This document shows positions 12,911 to 24,310 of a DNA stretch of 64,000 nucleotides, piece after piece. Made by a program: the position numbers and the translations under genes. The DNA comes from Selaginella moellendorffii (Eukaryota > Plantae > Lycopodiophyta), in NCBI RefSeq assembly GCF_000143415.4, contig NW_003314357.1, forward strand, positions 319,811-383,810, in the 5' to 3' direction. The notes below the pieces were generated by a model, which worked only from the letters and a program-made list of their open reading frames with translations, made no database searches and was not told where the DNA came from. Within the stretch, counting starts at the first letter, position 1; each line of letters opens with the position of its first letter.

Positions 12911-14472
12911 ATGGCGGCCGATTCCAATCCCTCCTCTCTCTCCAGCGATTACCAAAACGGTAGCACAAGTTTCCAGCTTGCAGATGATCACGAGCGCGAT
13001 CAAAATGTGCCATGGATTCTCGACCAGGCCGATCACCCGGCGCTCATGATCGACGAGGCTGAGCACGAGCCTTGGGGATCTGCGGGTGAGGATGACAAGC
13101 TAGGCAATCTAGACATGGAGCAGCAGCTGCGGATCAACCACAGCTTCATGCAAATCCAATCGATCTTTGGAGCGGAGGGCGAAAGCGATGACCCGATCAA
13201 GATGCCGCTTTTGGGTAACTGCTGGAGCGCGGAAGATCCGTCCCCCTGGAACCATTCTGCTGCTTTTCCCGAGGATCAGCACCAGCAAGGGAACGGGTTC
13301 TACTCCCATGATCACAGTAATGTGTTCGTGAGCCTTCCTCCTCCACAGCAGCAGCTTCAGATCATTGAGTCATCGACGTTGATGGGTGGAGGGCAGATCA
13401 TGGCCGTTGCGAGCTCGTCACCTTGTGCTTCGACTAGGGCTGCCAGGAAGAACTGCATGGCTCGCAAGAGGAGGCCAATGCTCGGCACTTCAAAGCCCGG
13501 TCCTGCTTCTGTTTCTGCTGCTGCTGCTCCTGCTCCTGCTGTGGCTGCCGTTTCAGATGCGGAAACTACACTTCCTGACGATCACACGCAGGTGCCCACA
13601 TTTTCGGAACTTCTGTTTCTTTACGTTCTTGTTGATAATGTTTGCAGGGCTTGCAGAACAAGAATCTGAAGTTTTTGCTGCAGAAGCAGCTCAAGCCCAG
13701 TGACGTTGGGAATTTGGGAAGAATTGTGCTTCCCAAGGTGGGTGACTTACTGTTTAATAACCCTTTTTGTGATCCAGTTCTTTTATGCAGAAAGAAGCTG
13801 AGTCTCGACTTCCCTACTTGTCGGCCAGGGAAGGAATGACATTGGCGATGGAGGACATGACCAGCAAACGAACTTGGAATCTTAGATATAGGTAAACTTG
13901 GCACTTATTAAGAGATTTGTAAGGGTTTCTCTTTGTTATTCTTGTCCAGGTTTTGGCCAAACAACAAGAGCAGAATGTATCTATTGGAGAACACAGGGGA
14001 GTTTATCCGATCGCACAAACTTTGCGAGGGGGATTACTTGCTACTGTACAAAGACTCACGAAATGGGAAATATGTAAGTAGTCATTTTTCAATGCCTGGA
14101 TGTTTACCTTTGTGTGTTTGTGTTTCAAAGGTAATATATGGTAAGAAAGATGTAAGCGGCAGTAATGAGAAACGCCAAGCTCCAAAGCAACAAGAAGGCT
14201 GCATGGTGAAACGATCAAGATCGTTTGATTGCGAGAGGAGGAAACCAGCTGCACCCACGCTAACATCGTCATCTTCATCGTCGTCCATACTAACAACAGC
14301 CGGGGTGATCGATACTGGGCTTAACTTCACTGACATTAAACAGGGACTTGACAAAGATCAAGAGTCATTCGGATCGAGCAATGTGGTGTTTGATATCGAT
14401 CAATTCCCATTGCTCGAGGCGAATGATCTTGCCATCGATGAAATTTTGGATCTTGTAGACTTACCAAGTTGA
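12911..14472 (+). CDS. ABI3: ABI3/VP1-like LAV-family B3 transcription factor, 5 exons
   Basis: B2-like [12 protein letters not shown]; B3 [25 protein letters not shown]...[19 protein letters not shown]. Exons 12911-13591, 13648-13737, 13791-13891, 13950-14073, 14131-14472. Confidence 0.9.
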
Positions 14473-14558
14473 AGTATCTGTTTGAAATAAAAGTAATAAT
14501 AGAAGTTATAAGGTGATATTGAAATTAGGGTTCCACGGTTCTTTGGTTTTGAGACAGG

Positions 14559-14810
14559 ATGAATCCCAGCTTGGCGGAACAGATCCTACAGTACGCGCTG
14601 GTGGCAGCAGCGCTTCTGGCGATGGCGTCTGGGCTGCTCACTGCCTCCTTGAAGACGATGGTGCTCGTCTATGGCGGATCGGTGTTCGTTGTCTTGCTCG
14701 TCTTGATCCCGGATTGGGCATTCTTCTGCCGGCATCCTCGGCACTGGGTGCTTCCCACGCCCAACTCCCCAGATCCCAGCCAGGACTCCCACAAGATCCG
14801 GCGTGATTGA
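14559..14810 (+). CDS. SPCS1: Signal peptidase complex subunit 1 (SPC12)
   Basis: LAEQILQ, two TM helices and IPDWAFFCRHPRHW match the SPC12 pattern (LAEQ...IPNWP.F.RHP.KW). Confidence 0.8.
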   Translation: MNPSLAEQILQYALVAAALLAMASGLLTASLKTMVLVYGGSVFVVLLVLIPDWAFFCRHPRHWVLPTPNSPDPSQDSHKIRRD

Positions 14811-15023
14811 TCGTGCTCTGGGGTTTCTTCCTCGCGTAGGTTCTTGTTTGTGTAATCTCGGCTTTTGCTGACCATTCTTGATTGAACTGATGTTCTTCCG
14901 TACAGAGAGTACTGTGTGAATCGGGATTTTCTCGATCGTTACCTTGAGTGGAATCGAAATGCAAGCACGATTTCTTTCCCCCAATTGCGTGATCTGGTAG
15001 AAACTTGTGCGCGTGGCTTTTGG

Positions 15024-16517
15024 ATGATCTTGGCGCTCTCCAGTCCGATCCCATCGTTCCAGCAGCTGTGCTCTCGCGTCCGCAATTGCAGAGATGTCTC
15101 GCAGGGAAGAGAGCTCCACGCGCTTGTTCTTGGCAGCCCATACAGGGACGATACATTTCTCTCCAATCTCCTCATCCAGATGTACGGGAGCTTCGGCAAG
15201 CTTGGGGACGCGCGCGCGATCTTCGATTCCACCCACGCCCGCGATTCACACACTTGGAATCTCATGGTCACGGCGTACGCACGGATTGGACGCCTCGAGG
15301 AGGCGCGGCTGCTCCTCGATTCGATGCCCTACTGGAATCCAGTGGCCTGGAATGCCATGATAACAGCATATGCCCGAAATGGGCATTATGATTCTGCTAT
15401 GATTCTCTTCCAAACCATGCCCGCGCGAACGGTGGTGACGTGGAACGCGATGATGCAAGCGCTAGTGGAAGCAGCAAGATACTCCGATGCCGAGTCCTTG
15501 TGGCGGAATATACCCGAGCTTACCGTGGTGACGTGGACGACTATGCTTGTAGCATTTGCCCGGCAAGGGCATATTGCGCGTGCCAAGGAGATCTTTGATA
15601 TGATGCCCGAGAAGAATGTCACCACATGGACCGCTATGCTCAATGCCTACTGTGCTGTCGGGGATTTGGCGACCTCGGAAATAATTCTAGAATCTATGCC
15701 GGAACACAACGTTGTTTCCTGGACTTCAATGGTTGTCGGCTATGGCCACAAGGGAAATCTCGAGAGCGCTAAAGTGGTGTTCGATCGTATGCCAGAATAT
15801 TCCCTAGTGTCCTGGACGTCCATGGCACACGCGTACGCATCTAGAGGGCACATGACCGAGGCGGAGAGAATGTACGGTTTGATGCCAGAACGAAACGTTG
15901 TGACGCAAACCTCGATGCTAGCAGCATATGCCCAGAATGGGCATCCGGAAATGGCCAAGAATGTTTTTGACGCCATGGCCGAGAGAAACACCGTATCCTG
16001 GAATTGTATAATTGGAATGTACGCCGCGACCGGGCAGCTCAAGGCCGCCAAGCGACTGTTTGAGACGCTGCCCGAGCCAGACGTGGTGACGTGGACGACC
16101 ATGATTGGCGCCTTCTCTAACACGTGGCACGGGCAGCACTACTTCTACCGCCTCAACGTCGAAGGCATCCAGCCCAGCGAGGTGACATTCACCGGCGTTT
16201 TGTCCGGGGCCACCGCCTGCCAGCTAGGACGGTCGCGCTTCGTGGACATGGTGGGCGATTACCACGTGGCGCCATCCACGGTGCACTATGGCTCCATGGT
16301 GGACGCGCTGGGCCGGGCCGGGCAGGTGGAATATGCGGCGCGGCTGGTGGAGGAGATGCCCGTGCCGCCGGATGCCGCGGCGTGGGGGGCGGTACTGAGC
16401 GCTTGTAAAACGCAGCGCGACGTGAGCCGCGCGGCATGGGCGGCAGTCCGCGCGTTTGATGTGGACCCGGCCAACGACACGCCTTATATGCTTCTCTCCA
16501 ATGCCTGTGTTAGCTAG
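15024..16517 (+). CDS. PLS-class PPR protein, E-type, no DYW; intronless
   Basis: Long run of 31-aa S-type repeats (VVxWTxM...MPE) followed by HYGSMVDALGRAG...WGAVLSAC...YMLLSN; first ATG at 15024. Confidence 0.92.
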   Translation: MILALSSPIPSFQQLCSRVRNCRDVSQGRELHALVLGSPYRDDTFLSNLLIQMYGSFGKLGDARAIFDSTHARDSHTWNLMVTAYARIGRLEEARLLLDSMPYWNPVAWNAMITAYARNGHYDSAMILFQTMPARTVVTWNAMMQALVEAARYSDAESLWRNIPELTVVTWTTMLVAFARQGHIARAKEIFDMMPEKNVTTWTAMLNAYCAVGDLATSEIILESMPEHNVVSWTSMVVGYGHKGNLESAKVVFDRMPEYSLVSWTSMAHAYASRGHMTEAERMYGLMPERNVVTQTSMLAAYAQNGHPEMAKNVFDAMAERNTVSWNCIIGMYAATGQLKAAKRLFETLPEPDVVTWTTMIGAFSNTWHGQHYFYRLNVEGIQPSEVTFTGVLSGATACQLGRSRFVDMVGDYHVAPSTVHYGSMVDALGRAGQVEYAARLVEEMPVPPDAAAWGAVLSACKTQRDVSRAAWAAVRAFDVDPANDTPYMLLSNACVS

Positions 16518-16589
16518 TTTACTCTTCTTCTAGAGTCAATGAAATTAGTCAACTCAGTTACTAATGAAGAAAGTCAACGGTTCTGGTCT

Positions 16590-17192
16590 CTATGAAATGG
16601 GCACAAAGATGAGGTCGCCAATCCCACAATTTGGGCGATCTTTGGGAACATGATAGACTAAACTGGCGGATGGATCAAAAATCTTCCAAAAGGTCGAGTC
16701 AAATCCCACGAGAATGGCGCAGCCAGTGCTGGAAAAGCTTGTCACCAGTGGATGCTTTGCGAGCAATCGCATGAGCGCGTCGCCTTTCACGTCCTTCATC
16801 CTTAGGAACGAGCCCGGCCAGCCATCGAATTCCCACGACAGAGTGACGAGCTCGTGGCGATGATTGTTTGCTCGGATCGTCATCCAGCTGATGGTCGAGT
16901 TTGGATTCCTCTCTCGCAATTCGATGCAATTCGTCTTGGCCGTGACCAGCGCGCACGCCAGGAGATTGTCCAGCCACGGGATTCCATAGAGTTTCTCCTC
17001 GGTTTGTAGCTCTTGTAAACACCCACGGACGAGACCACTCCAATCGACGCCGCAAGGCAAAGAAATCTTTGATCGTGGGATCCTCACTCTCACCTCTACA
17101 ATGGATCTAGAAATCTCTTCCACTCCCTCGTGACCAAACTTCGATGATTTGGAGCGCAAGCTTCGGTCTGGGCGACCACACACGGTCCCCAT
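16590..17192 (-). CDS. Orphan ~200-aa protein with degenerate papain (C1A)-like motifs
   Basis: ATG at 17192, single exon filling the space between two genes; motifs SLPCGVDWS and AKHPLV...AILVGFD..FWKIFDP. Confidence 0.5.
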   Translation of the reverse strand: MGTVCGRPDRSLRSKSSKFGHEGVEEISRSIVEVRVRIPRSKISLPCGVDWSGLVRGCLQELQTEEKLYGIPWLDNLLACALVTAKTNCIELRERNPNSTISWMTIRANNHRHELVTLSWEFDGWPGSFLRMKDVKGDALMRLLAKHPLVTSFSSTGCAILVGFDSTFWKIFDPSASLVYHVPKDRPNCGIGDLIFVPIS

Positions 17193-17294
17193 GCTGACCA
17201 AGGATCCCCTTTTTAGTCTGTTTGACCTACCAAAGAAGGAAGTCCTCTTAAACCCTGGGAAGAACCCTAAATTCTCCGGGCAAATGCGAGCGCG

Positions 17295-18530
17295 ATGGGC
17301 GTGCTCCTCTTCCAGCAGTGTAATGCAGGCGCTGCGGCGGCGCCCGTGAATCGGAGCAAGGATTGGCGTCCTGGCACGCTTTTCTGCGCGAGAAATCAGC
17401 GATTGATCACGGTATGCTGCTCGAATGGCGAGAAATCTGGTGTGGCGATCAAGGTAGAAGGGGATTCGACGTCTAAGAAGCGGCCGGTTTTGTCCAGGGC
17501 GCCGCCGCGATCTTTCGGCGTCAAGGATGAGGAGCTTGTCCCGGGCAAGGTTTTGACGGGCAGCGTGAAAGCGATCATGACGTTTGGCGCTTTCATCGAT
17601 TTGGACGCCAGATTCGATGGGCTGCTCCACATCTCCAAGATCTCCGACCGCTTCGTTCAGAATGTGGAGGATGTTCTCACAGTCGGGCAGCAAGTCCAGG
17701 TGGAAATCGAGAGCGTGGATCTCCCAAAGCGGCGCATCCAGCTCAAGAGACATGCTCTAAAGGCTCAAGGATCAAAGGTCTCTTCGTCTGGAACAGCGCA
17801 GGTGGAAGGAACTGGAGCTCTTGCAGCAGTCCCGAAAGATCCTTCCACTGGTACTCAAGCAGCAAGGATCCGAGCTTCAACGAATGGAGCTCCAGTGGCT
17901 GGAAAAAATGGAGCAGCGGCTTCTCAAGATGATGGAACTAGCTCTTCCCGGATCGCAGGAACTTCGACAAAGCAACCTGGAACGAGATTCCAATCACGTA
18001 GCAGTGGCAGCACGACGCGTGAAGAGATCTCAAAAGAACCAAGCTCTTCTCCCGCGCCAAGGCTCTCTTCGAGGATTCCTCCACCAAAGACGAGCTACCA
18101 GAAGGGTCAGGTGGTGAGTGGAGTTGTGAAGAACTACACGAGGCGAGGGTGTTTCGTCCAGCTCCCAGGAAACCAAGAGGGATTCTTGCATGCCAATGAG
18201 ATCGAGTCAAGTAGAGAACAGGAGCCCACTCCAGTCGAGAACTTGGTGAAAGTTGGGCAAGAGCTCAAAGTGAAGGTTCTTCGGATAATCGATGGGCGGA
18301 TCAACTTGACGATGAAAGAGGAAGTGGATCTGAAGAAGATCAAGGAGGAGCTCAATGAGAATGTGTTCGCTACCAATCCGTTTGAGCTTGCTTTCAGGAA
18401 GAACCCGGTGATCAGGGGGTACCTCAAAGAAACTGGGAGGCTCCAGGGTTCAGAGCATGGAAACGAAGAACGAACAACAAGGGATGTTGAAGAAAATTCG
18501 AGTGAGGAAAGCTCTTCTAGACAAAGATAG
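17295..18530 (+). CDS. Plastid double-S1-domain protein resembling the PSRP-7 part of the PETs/EMB2726 polyprotein, without EF-Ts domains
   Basis: Transit-peptide-like N-terminus, S1 (LVPGKVLTGSVKAIMTFGAFID...DGLLHIS), second S1 (GQVVSGVVKN...EGFL), motif ATNPFELAFRKN, then stop. Confidence 0.85.
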   Translation: MGVLLFQQCNAGAAAAPVNRSKDWRPGTLFCARNQRLITVCCSNGEKSGVAIKVEGDSTSKKRPVLSRAPPRSFGVKDEELVPGKVLTGSVKAIMTFGAFIDLDARFDGLLHISKISDRFVQNVEDVLTVGQQVQVEIESVDLPKRRIQLKRHALKAQGSKVSSSGTAQVEGTGALAAVPKDPSTGTQAARIRASTNGAPVAGKNGAAASQDDGTSSSRIAGTSTKQPGTRFQSRSSGSTTREEISKEPSSSPAPRLSSRIPPPKTSYQKGQVVSGVVKNYTRRGCFVQLPGNQEGFLHANEIESSREQEPTPVENLVKVGQELKVKVLRIIDGRINLTMKEEVDLKKIKEELNENVFATNPFELAFRKNPVIRGYLKETGRLQGSEHGNEERTTRDVEENSSEESSSRQR

Positions 18531-19039
18531 AGTTGGATTACTTGCTTGACAATGGATCCCATGTTTGTTTAGAAGAACTCTGCAAAGTAGACTTTGTTGC
18601 CAACGTGAATATGTTTGCACTGATTGGTCTACGCTTTACAGAAGGCCTTAGAGTGGAATGGAGCACCATACCAGAGTGGTGGAGCTCACGATTCCCCACC
18701 TTGATATGAGTAAAGCAGTGGAGGTCACTCATCGATGAGCGCACGTAGTCATCCATCACCACCCAGAAGGAGGAAAAGGGACGCATTAGAAAGATCAAGA
18801 AGCAATCTAATGACCAAAAGCTTCATGAGACTGGGGTGGCAAGGGTTGCCCCATCTGGGACTCTCATGGCATACCTACAACCTCTCAGAAGCAAGCTTCT
18901 ATGGATTCCAAGCCATTGGCAAGTATAACATGCTGTCAGGAAATGTACGAGGCAAAGTAACCACGTTGGGGGGTAGACCCACCGCTTTGAATCATCCACA
19001 GTCCACACAATCAACTTCAATCCGTGAACCTGTGAAAAC

Positions 19040-19760
19040 GAGAGCCTGGAGATCTCCATTGAGCGAAAGAACATTAAAGTCAGTTTCATACTGTCCATAA
19101 AATATATTTATCGGATCTGCGACATCGCAGTATAATCAGCAAAACAAACAGAAAATGGGACCTCATACCTGTGCTATACGTGAATTGGCCGGTTGTACAT
19201 TTCAACCATTGCCTGCATCTCGAGGTTGTTGCCATAAACCTTCAAGGCAGTACCACCATTCATCAGTCAAGCAAGACAGCAAAAGAAAATCGATAAACAA
19301 AAAGACCTTATCTTTGCGTTTTCTGCAGTAAAGCCTTCTGTAATGAACAATGAAAAATTACCTCTTTCTCTTTCCTGCAAGAAAAAACAACTTGATAAGA
19401 GGTTCCTGTAACAGAAAATAGCAAACGTCAGCTGATTGTCAAAAGCATTCCACTCAGAATCATTGCCATGCAATCTCTGTACGCATCTCGCCAAAACTTT
19501 CAGGATTACCATAGACTTGATCAGAAAAAGCAGTTGCACAGCGACTGAACTTCCTCATGCTTCACAGAAGCCGGTTCCAAAGCTTGGTTATGACTCCCTT
19601 GTAGCTTGTTTATCTGGTGTGATTCAATCCGTGGCTGTTCTTTCATGGCGTTTCATCTCAAGCAGCGCCTGCAAGAAAGAAAAAGCACTATGTCTATATA
19701 AGCGGCTGAACGAAAAACCTGATTACCTGATCGTAAGTTCTGCTTGCGAGTTTTCAAAAG
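19040..19760 (-). pseudogene. OTU deubiquitinase (OTLD1/OTUD5-like) pseudogene with retained introns
   Basis: Collinear exon remnants SDQVYGNPE, ERERGNFSLFITEGF [frameshift] YCRKRKDK, VYGNNLEMQAMVEMYNRPIHV*, DPINIFYGQYETD. Catalytic DGNC and HYNS segments not found. Exon-like sequence probably extends from about 18540 to 20690. Confidence 0.75.
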
Positions 19761-20793
19761 CGTCCTTTCCAAAGCCAACTCTCAGTGAAAGGGCGCGAAT
19801 CAATGCGGGGCCTGGCGGCTGCAAAGACGAGATTCCAAGACCGCCCAATTATCATCCCGATGCATCGACCAAAGCCTCCAGAGATCCAGCAATCCAGAGA
19901 AAAAAGATATGAAATCTCTCTCGCGCGCAATCGCAATCAGCTGGCGGCCGAGCTCTCAAGCTCCAGTGCTATGCCTAGGACCAAGGATGAGACGAAAAGA
20001 ATTCTTCTCGGCAGTCTCGAGCTTTATAGACTCGCTGGTCCACAGCCTTGCTAAGTCCTTTTTGATTGTGGTCAGCAACCTTTTTTCAACGAGCTTCTTG
20101 ATTGCGTCAAATGAGAACTAAGGGACATGGTTTTCAAAACTACCTTGTTGGACAAAAGAAAAAGAAAAACTTTTACCTCCATCGTCAGCGTACGCGAGTT
20201 GTTGACGTCCTTGCCATTGTTTGCATCTTGTTTGCCAGCATCAAAGGACTCATGTCGATGTAAGTTTTGGGAGGTGTCCAATCCTCGCTCTGTGTAAACC
20301 AAAGTTGTGAGCTCAAAGGGAGACCCACCTGAAATCCATGAGTGTTCTGCTACAACAGAAGAGATGTGGAGCATGAGCTAAGAGATCACGGCCATGTCAA
20401 TCAATGCACGAGCATGAGAAAAAGCAATGAAAAGCATTTGTCATTGGCTTCAGCTACCCCCTCTCTAACAATCAGACCATCCAAGACTGCAAAGCTGAGT
20501 ATAGATGAAAGTAGTGCAAGATCTGACTCACCGTCTCGGAGAGGCGACGTCGATCCAATACCAGGAAACTAGTTGGACGATCGCGCGTTTTCTTTCCAGC
20601 GTCAGCAGCGGGCTCATAGTCGGGTGATAAGTAGAGTGTTGCTGTTAACTGCACCCAATCGGAACGGGATAATGAATCACTTCCTTCTGGAGGTTGACAA
20701 TTTTACGAAAAAGAAGTATTAGCAAAAGTCTCATTTATTTTTGGAGTGTTATATTTATTCATGATATTTTAGTAATTTCATAATTTTTGGTTT

Positions 20794-21142
20794 GCTTAAG
20801 CAAACCTATAGGGGGATGGTAGTGAATATACATAGAATATTCTTGGATATTCTAGGATATTCTACCATCTAATGGTTGGTATTCATTTAAATTAATTTGG
20901 TATTTATAATTTATAAACATGTTTATAATTTATAAAATCTCTTAAACCCTTTCTAGTATATTCTTTTTTATTCTATCATCTAATGGTTGATATGCAATAA
21001 GATTAATCTTGTGTTTATAAATTACAAACATGCTTATAACTATAAACTTTATTTGATCAATTAGATTAATAACTAATAATAAAACTACCATTAAGCAAAC
21101 CAAGCATTGCTACATGCAACGCGTAGCAATTTATTAATATAG
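20794..21142 (+). mobile_element. Helitron-like non-autonomous repeat, 3' end, copy 1
   Basis: About 345 bp similar to the reverse complement of 32817-33170; subterminal hairpin TTGCTACATGCAACGCGTAGCAA (21107-21129) followed by degenerate ATAG. Confidence 0.6.
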
Positions 21143-21959
21143 CTATAATTAAAACATATAGCATTATATAATCTTAATATAATTTTTTTTGTTAATATGA
21201 CATCAGACATTTCTAATACCAAATGTAAGTATTATTCAAACCCAAAAACACCTACCTAAGTACCTCAACATCTTTAATCAATTGAAAAAGAATTGAACTT
21301 TTTCTTAAATTATTCTCTTTCCATCTCAGCAGAAAACTTAAGGTTTTACTGAGTTTTAAATATTATATTGTATTTTGCTATATTATAATATGTGTTGAGA
21401 GAGCTGCCTCTTTAACTCCTAAAATTGCAAAATACTGATTCAAGCAAGTATTAGTTCTCTTTCAGGTAAGTAAGATTTACATCAAACTGTTAATTGCATC
21501 AATCTGGTAGTTTAATATGAACTTCTATGGAGTTTTATAATCAAGCTTCACTTGTAGTAAAAAGAGCTTTAGTGTATTATATCCCTAGAGATCCAAGTTC
21601 ATATGCATTAAGCTCGTTGATGGTTTTTGAATTGTTATTGAAATGCATGCTAAGCTTATATGTTAGCTTCTAAATTGCCAACTTGGATCACTATCACAAC
21701 CTTACAATTCTTTAAGACTATTTAGATGTCTTTTTAACAACCTATAGCACAGATCATCATCATCGGTAAAGAAACATTCATCAGCTTGAGTATCATATCA
21801 TATCAACTTAAGTATTCCCATGATCATTTCTTCGCAATATTGATCCATCCAGTTGGGGCTAGGAGTTCACAAAGTAGTATCTTTTAGTTCCACCTACACT
21901 TGAGGTAAGGAGTGAAGAAATAGAAGCACAAAAAAACATTAGAATAATCTTAAAACATC

Positions 21960-22934
21960 CAAAATCTTAATGCTAAAATCAGTATATAAAATAAAGTTAA
22001 ACAAAAAATTAATGTTATTTCAACATACTATAGCCTAGGATATGGGTACTCCACTACCTAACATAGTATGGAGCTTGAGTTTAAAACTAAATTGAATACA
22101 AAACAAGAATAAACATATTTAATAGGGAGTTAAACAATGTCTCAGATGGTCAGCCATACCTTTGACCCACTATAGTGCATCTAAATTTAAAACTAAAATT
22201 CATGTCTATTACATTATGAAATGAGTGTGTGGTACATAATCAAATCCCTTATGAGCATCAAATCTTTTTATTTAGCCTTTATATATAAAATGTTGTTATA
22301 TAAAGCCTAATATAATTTTAACATACCGGTGGCCCAATACAAAGAGTTGCATACCCCATTGATTAGTATAGTATAGAGTTTGGGCTTAGACACAAGCTGA
22401 ATGCAGATGTAATTTATTTTAAATTTTATTATTGTTTTAAGTGTATATATTTAAATTATATATATATCTAAAATGTTTTTCTTTTAAAATATTAAATATA
22501 TTAAATTATAGGTAAGTTCAATAGATAAACTATTGAACTTTAAACTTAGAAATAAAATCTTTAAAATACACCACATATGAAATTATTAAATTTTATTGCT
22601 AAACTGGAAGGAGGTGTGCTATAGGTTCAATAGTGTGCATCCACAACTATACACTACCATGTAAAAGAGGTTTAGAATTGTATATTTTCATAAATTCTTT
22701 CCTTTGATTAGTTTTGAATATGAATAATATTAAAGTATAACATTTTTTGCTATGTTTGCAATATTTAATTATAAAATCAACCCATATGCTTTTGAGTTCA
22801 AATCCTTTGTTAGTAGCCTAAGGCTTTGAAATTCAAATTCCACTCTATTGCCTTAGCACACATATTTAAGGGTTATATTATGCTTAATATGATACTTCAC
22901 TATAGGATATAGGGTCAAAACCACATGCATTACA
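21960..22934. mobile_element. Degenerate fragments of family-A LTR in both orientations
   Basis: 21960-22120 and 22320-22405 match family-A LTR on minus (ATGGGTACTCCAC, CATACCGGTGGCC); 22900-22934 matches the LTR end AGGGTCAAAACCACATGC..TACA on plus. Confidence 0.65.
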
Positions 22935-24184
22935 TAAATGTAATCTTTATAATCTTTGGCAAAGGCACAAAACTACTAAAGGCATTGTTATGATGTATTG
23001 CATAGCTCCCCACCATAACATCAATAAAGTGATTTGGTATTGGTGGAGTTTCCTTGTCTTAGGGATCAAACTACCTTAGTGGGTTGCCCTCTGCAAAATA
23101 AAAGCTTAACTTGGTCCACAAGTATATTGATTGATTTGAGTGGATGGGCAATAGGATTCATAATATATAATACACATTTTTCAGATTCAATTGCTTCACG
23201 GGGGAGTAATGTGAGGTCTTGTGTGTGTGTGTGTGTCTATATATATATATAGATACAACTAAGATTAGCAGCTAATCTTAGTGGCCACATCATCAATAAC
23301 ATCATCATTAGTCTTGGTAATCTTAATTTATCCTATTTGCCACTATACTTAGGGTCCTATCACTAGAGCCATGTAATAAATCATAGTTTATAAAAATACA
23401 AAGACAAAATAAAATAATAAATCAAATTATGGATAATTTAAAAAATATAATACTACAATAAGTATGCTAATATAACCACTTAAAAAAATATAGTAATAAT
23501 CTAATTTGAATTTCGTAGACAAGCTTTATAAACTTATGAGCTGGTACTTAATATAGTCTCTTTCACTATAAAAAAAAGTTTGATATACCATTTGTGTATT
23601 AAAGAATTTGGAAAACAAACTAAATTTGTTCTCTACATGCTCAATATGTTGTAATGTTGTTATTGTCTCAGTTTATCTAAACACTCTATAGAAATGGATA
23701 ACTTGCAAAGCTCAATCCAATTAATACCCCAATCTCTAGATATTGTTGAGTGATTGGCATCAAACCCACAACAAAAGAACTTCAACTTTAAATTATGTGG
23801 CTATCAAATATGTGCCAGAAAAAGCCAAAGATACAATTGTACTTCCATGTGGCAGCTGATAGGGAAAGTGATAGGATGGCAGTTAGCCAAGTGGAAGAAT
23901 TTTAAGATTTTAAGAGGTGAGTAGAGAGAATTAAGGTGCTGGTCTTCTAGGGGGTATGGCTTAATGCAAAATCACATTCATAGGACAATGGGAGAATATT
24001 AGGAATCTGGATATGAGAATCTCACGCAAGGACATCATCAAGCAGTAAGGGAATCTTGAGCCTGGAAGAAAATAAAAGGTGAGAGTTTAAATTTAGGGGT
24101 CGGCCAAGCTTCACCCCTTAGACAACCATAGTTTCCACCTTAGAGAGGAGAGAGTGTTCCTAGTGAGGTATCTCTTTAGGCTCG

Positions 24185-24310
24185 AGATTGGATGTGGAAA
24201 CAGGGTGCTCCCAAGCTTTTTATAGTCAATCACAAGCTGTAGCAGCCCAACACAATCTGGATGGACAAAGAAGCTTGTCACTTTTCTTTGTGATCTGGGT
24301 TGTGGGATCT
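24185..24310 (-). mobile_element. Possible decayed LTR-retrotransposon RT fragment
   Basis: Translates as SFFVHPDCVGLLQLVIDYKKL, resembling RT motif FFVxKxDGxLRLxIDYRKLN. Confidence 0.35.

Noticed and set aside
14586-15236. Long antisense and alternative-frame ORFs over GC-rich genes (also 16124-16480, 29306-30118 5' part, 30223-30807, and 16590-17753 upstream of 17192)
   Set aside because: Shadow ORFs of real coding sequence with no independent motifs.
23220-23251. (GT)n(AT)n tract that is the reverse complement of 32540-32585
   Set aside because: Flanks show no similarity that I can see; probably coincidence.
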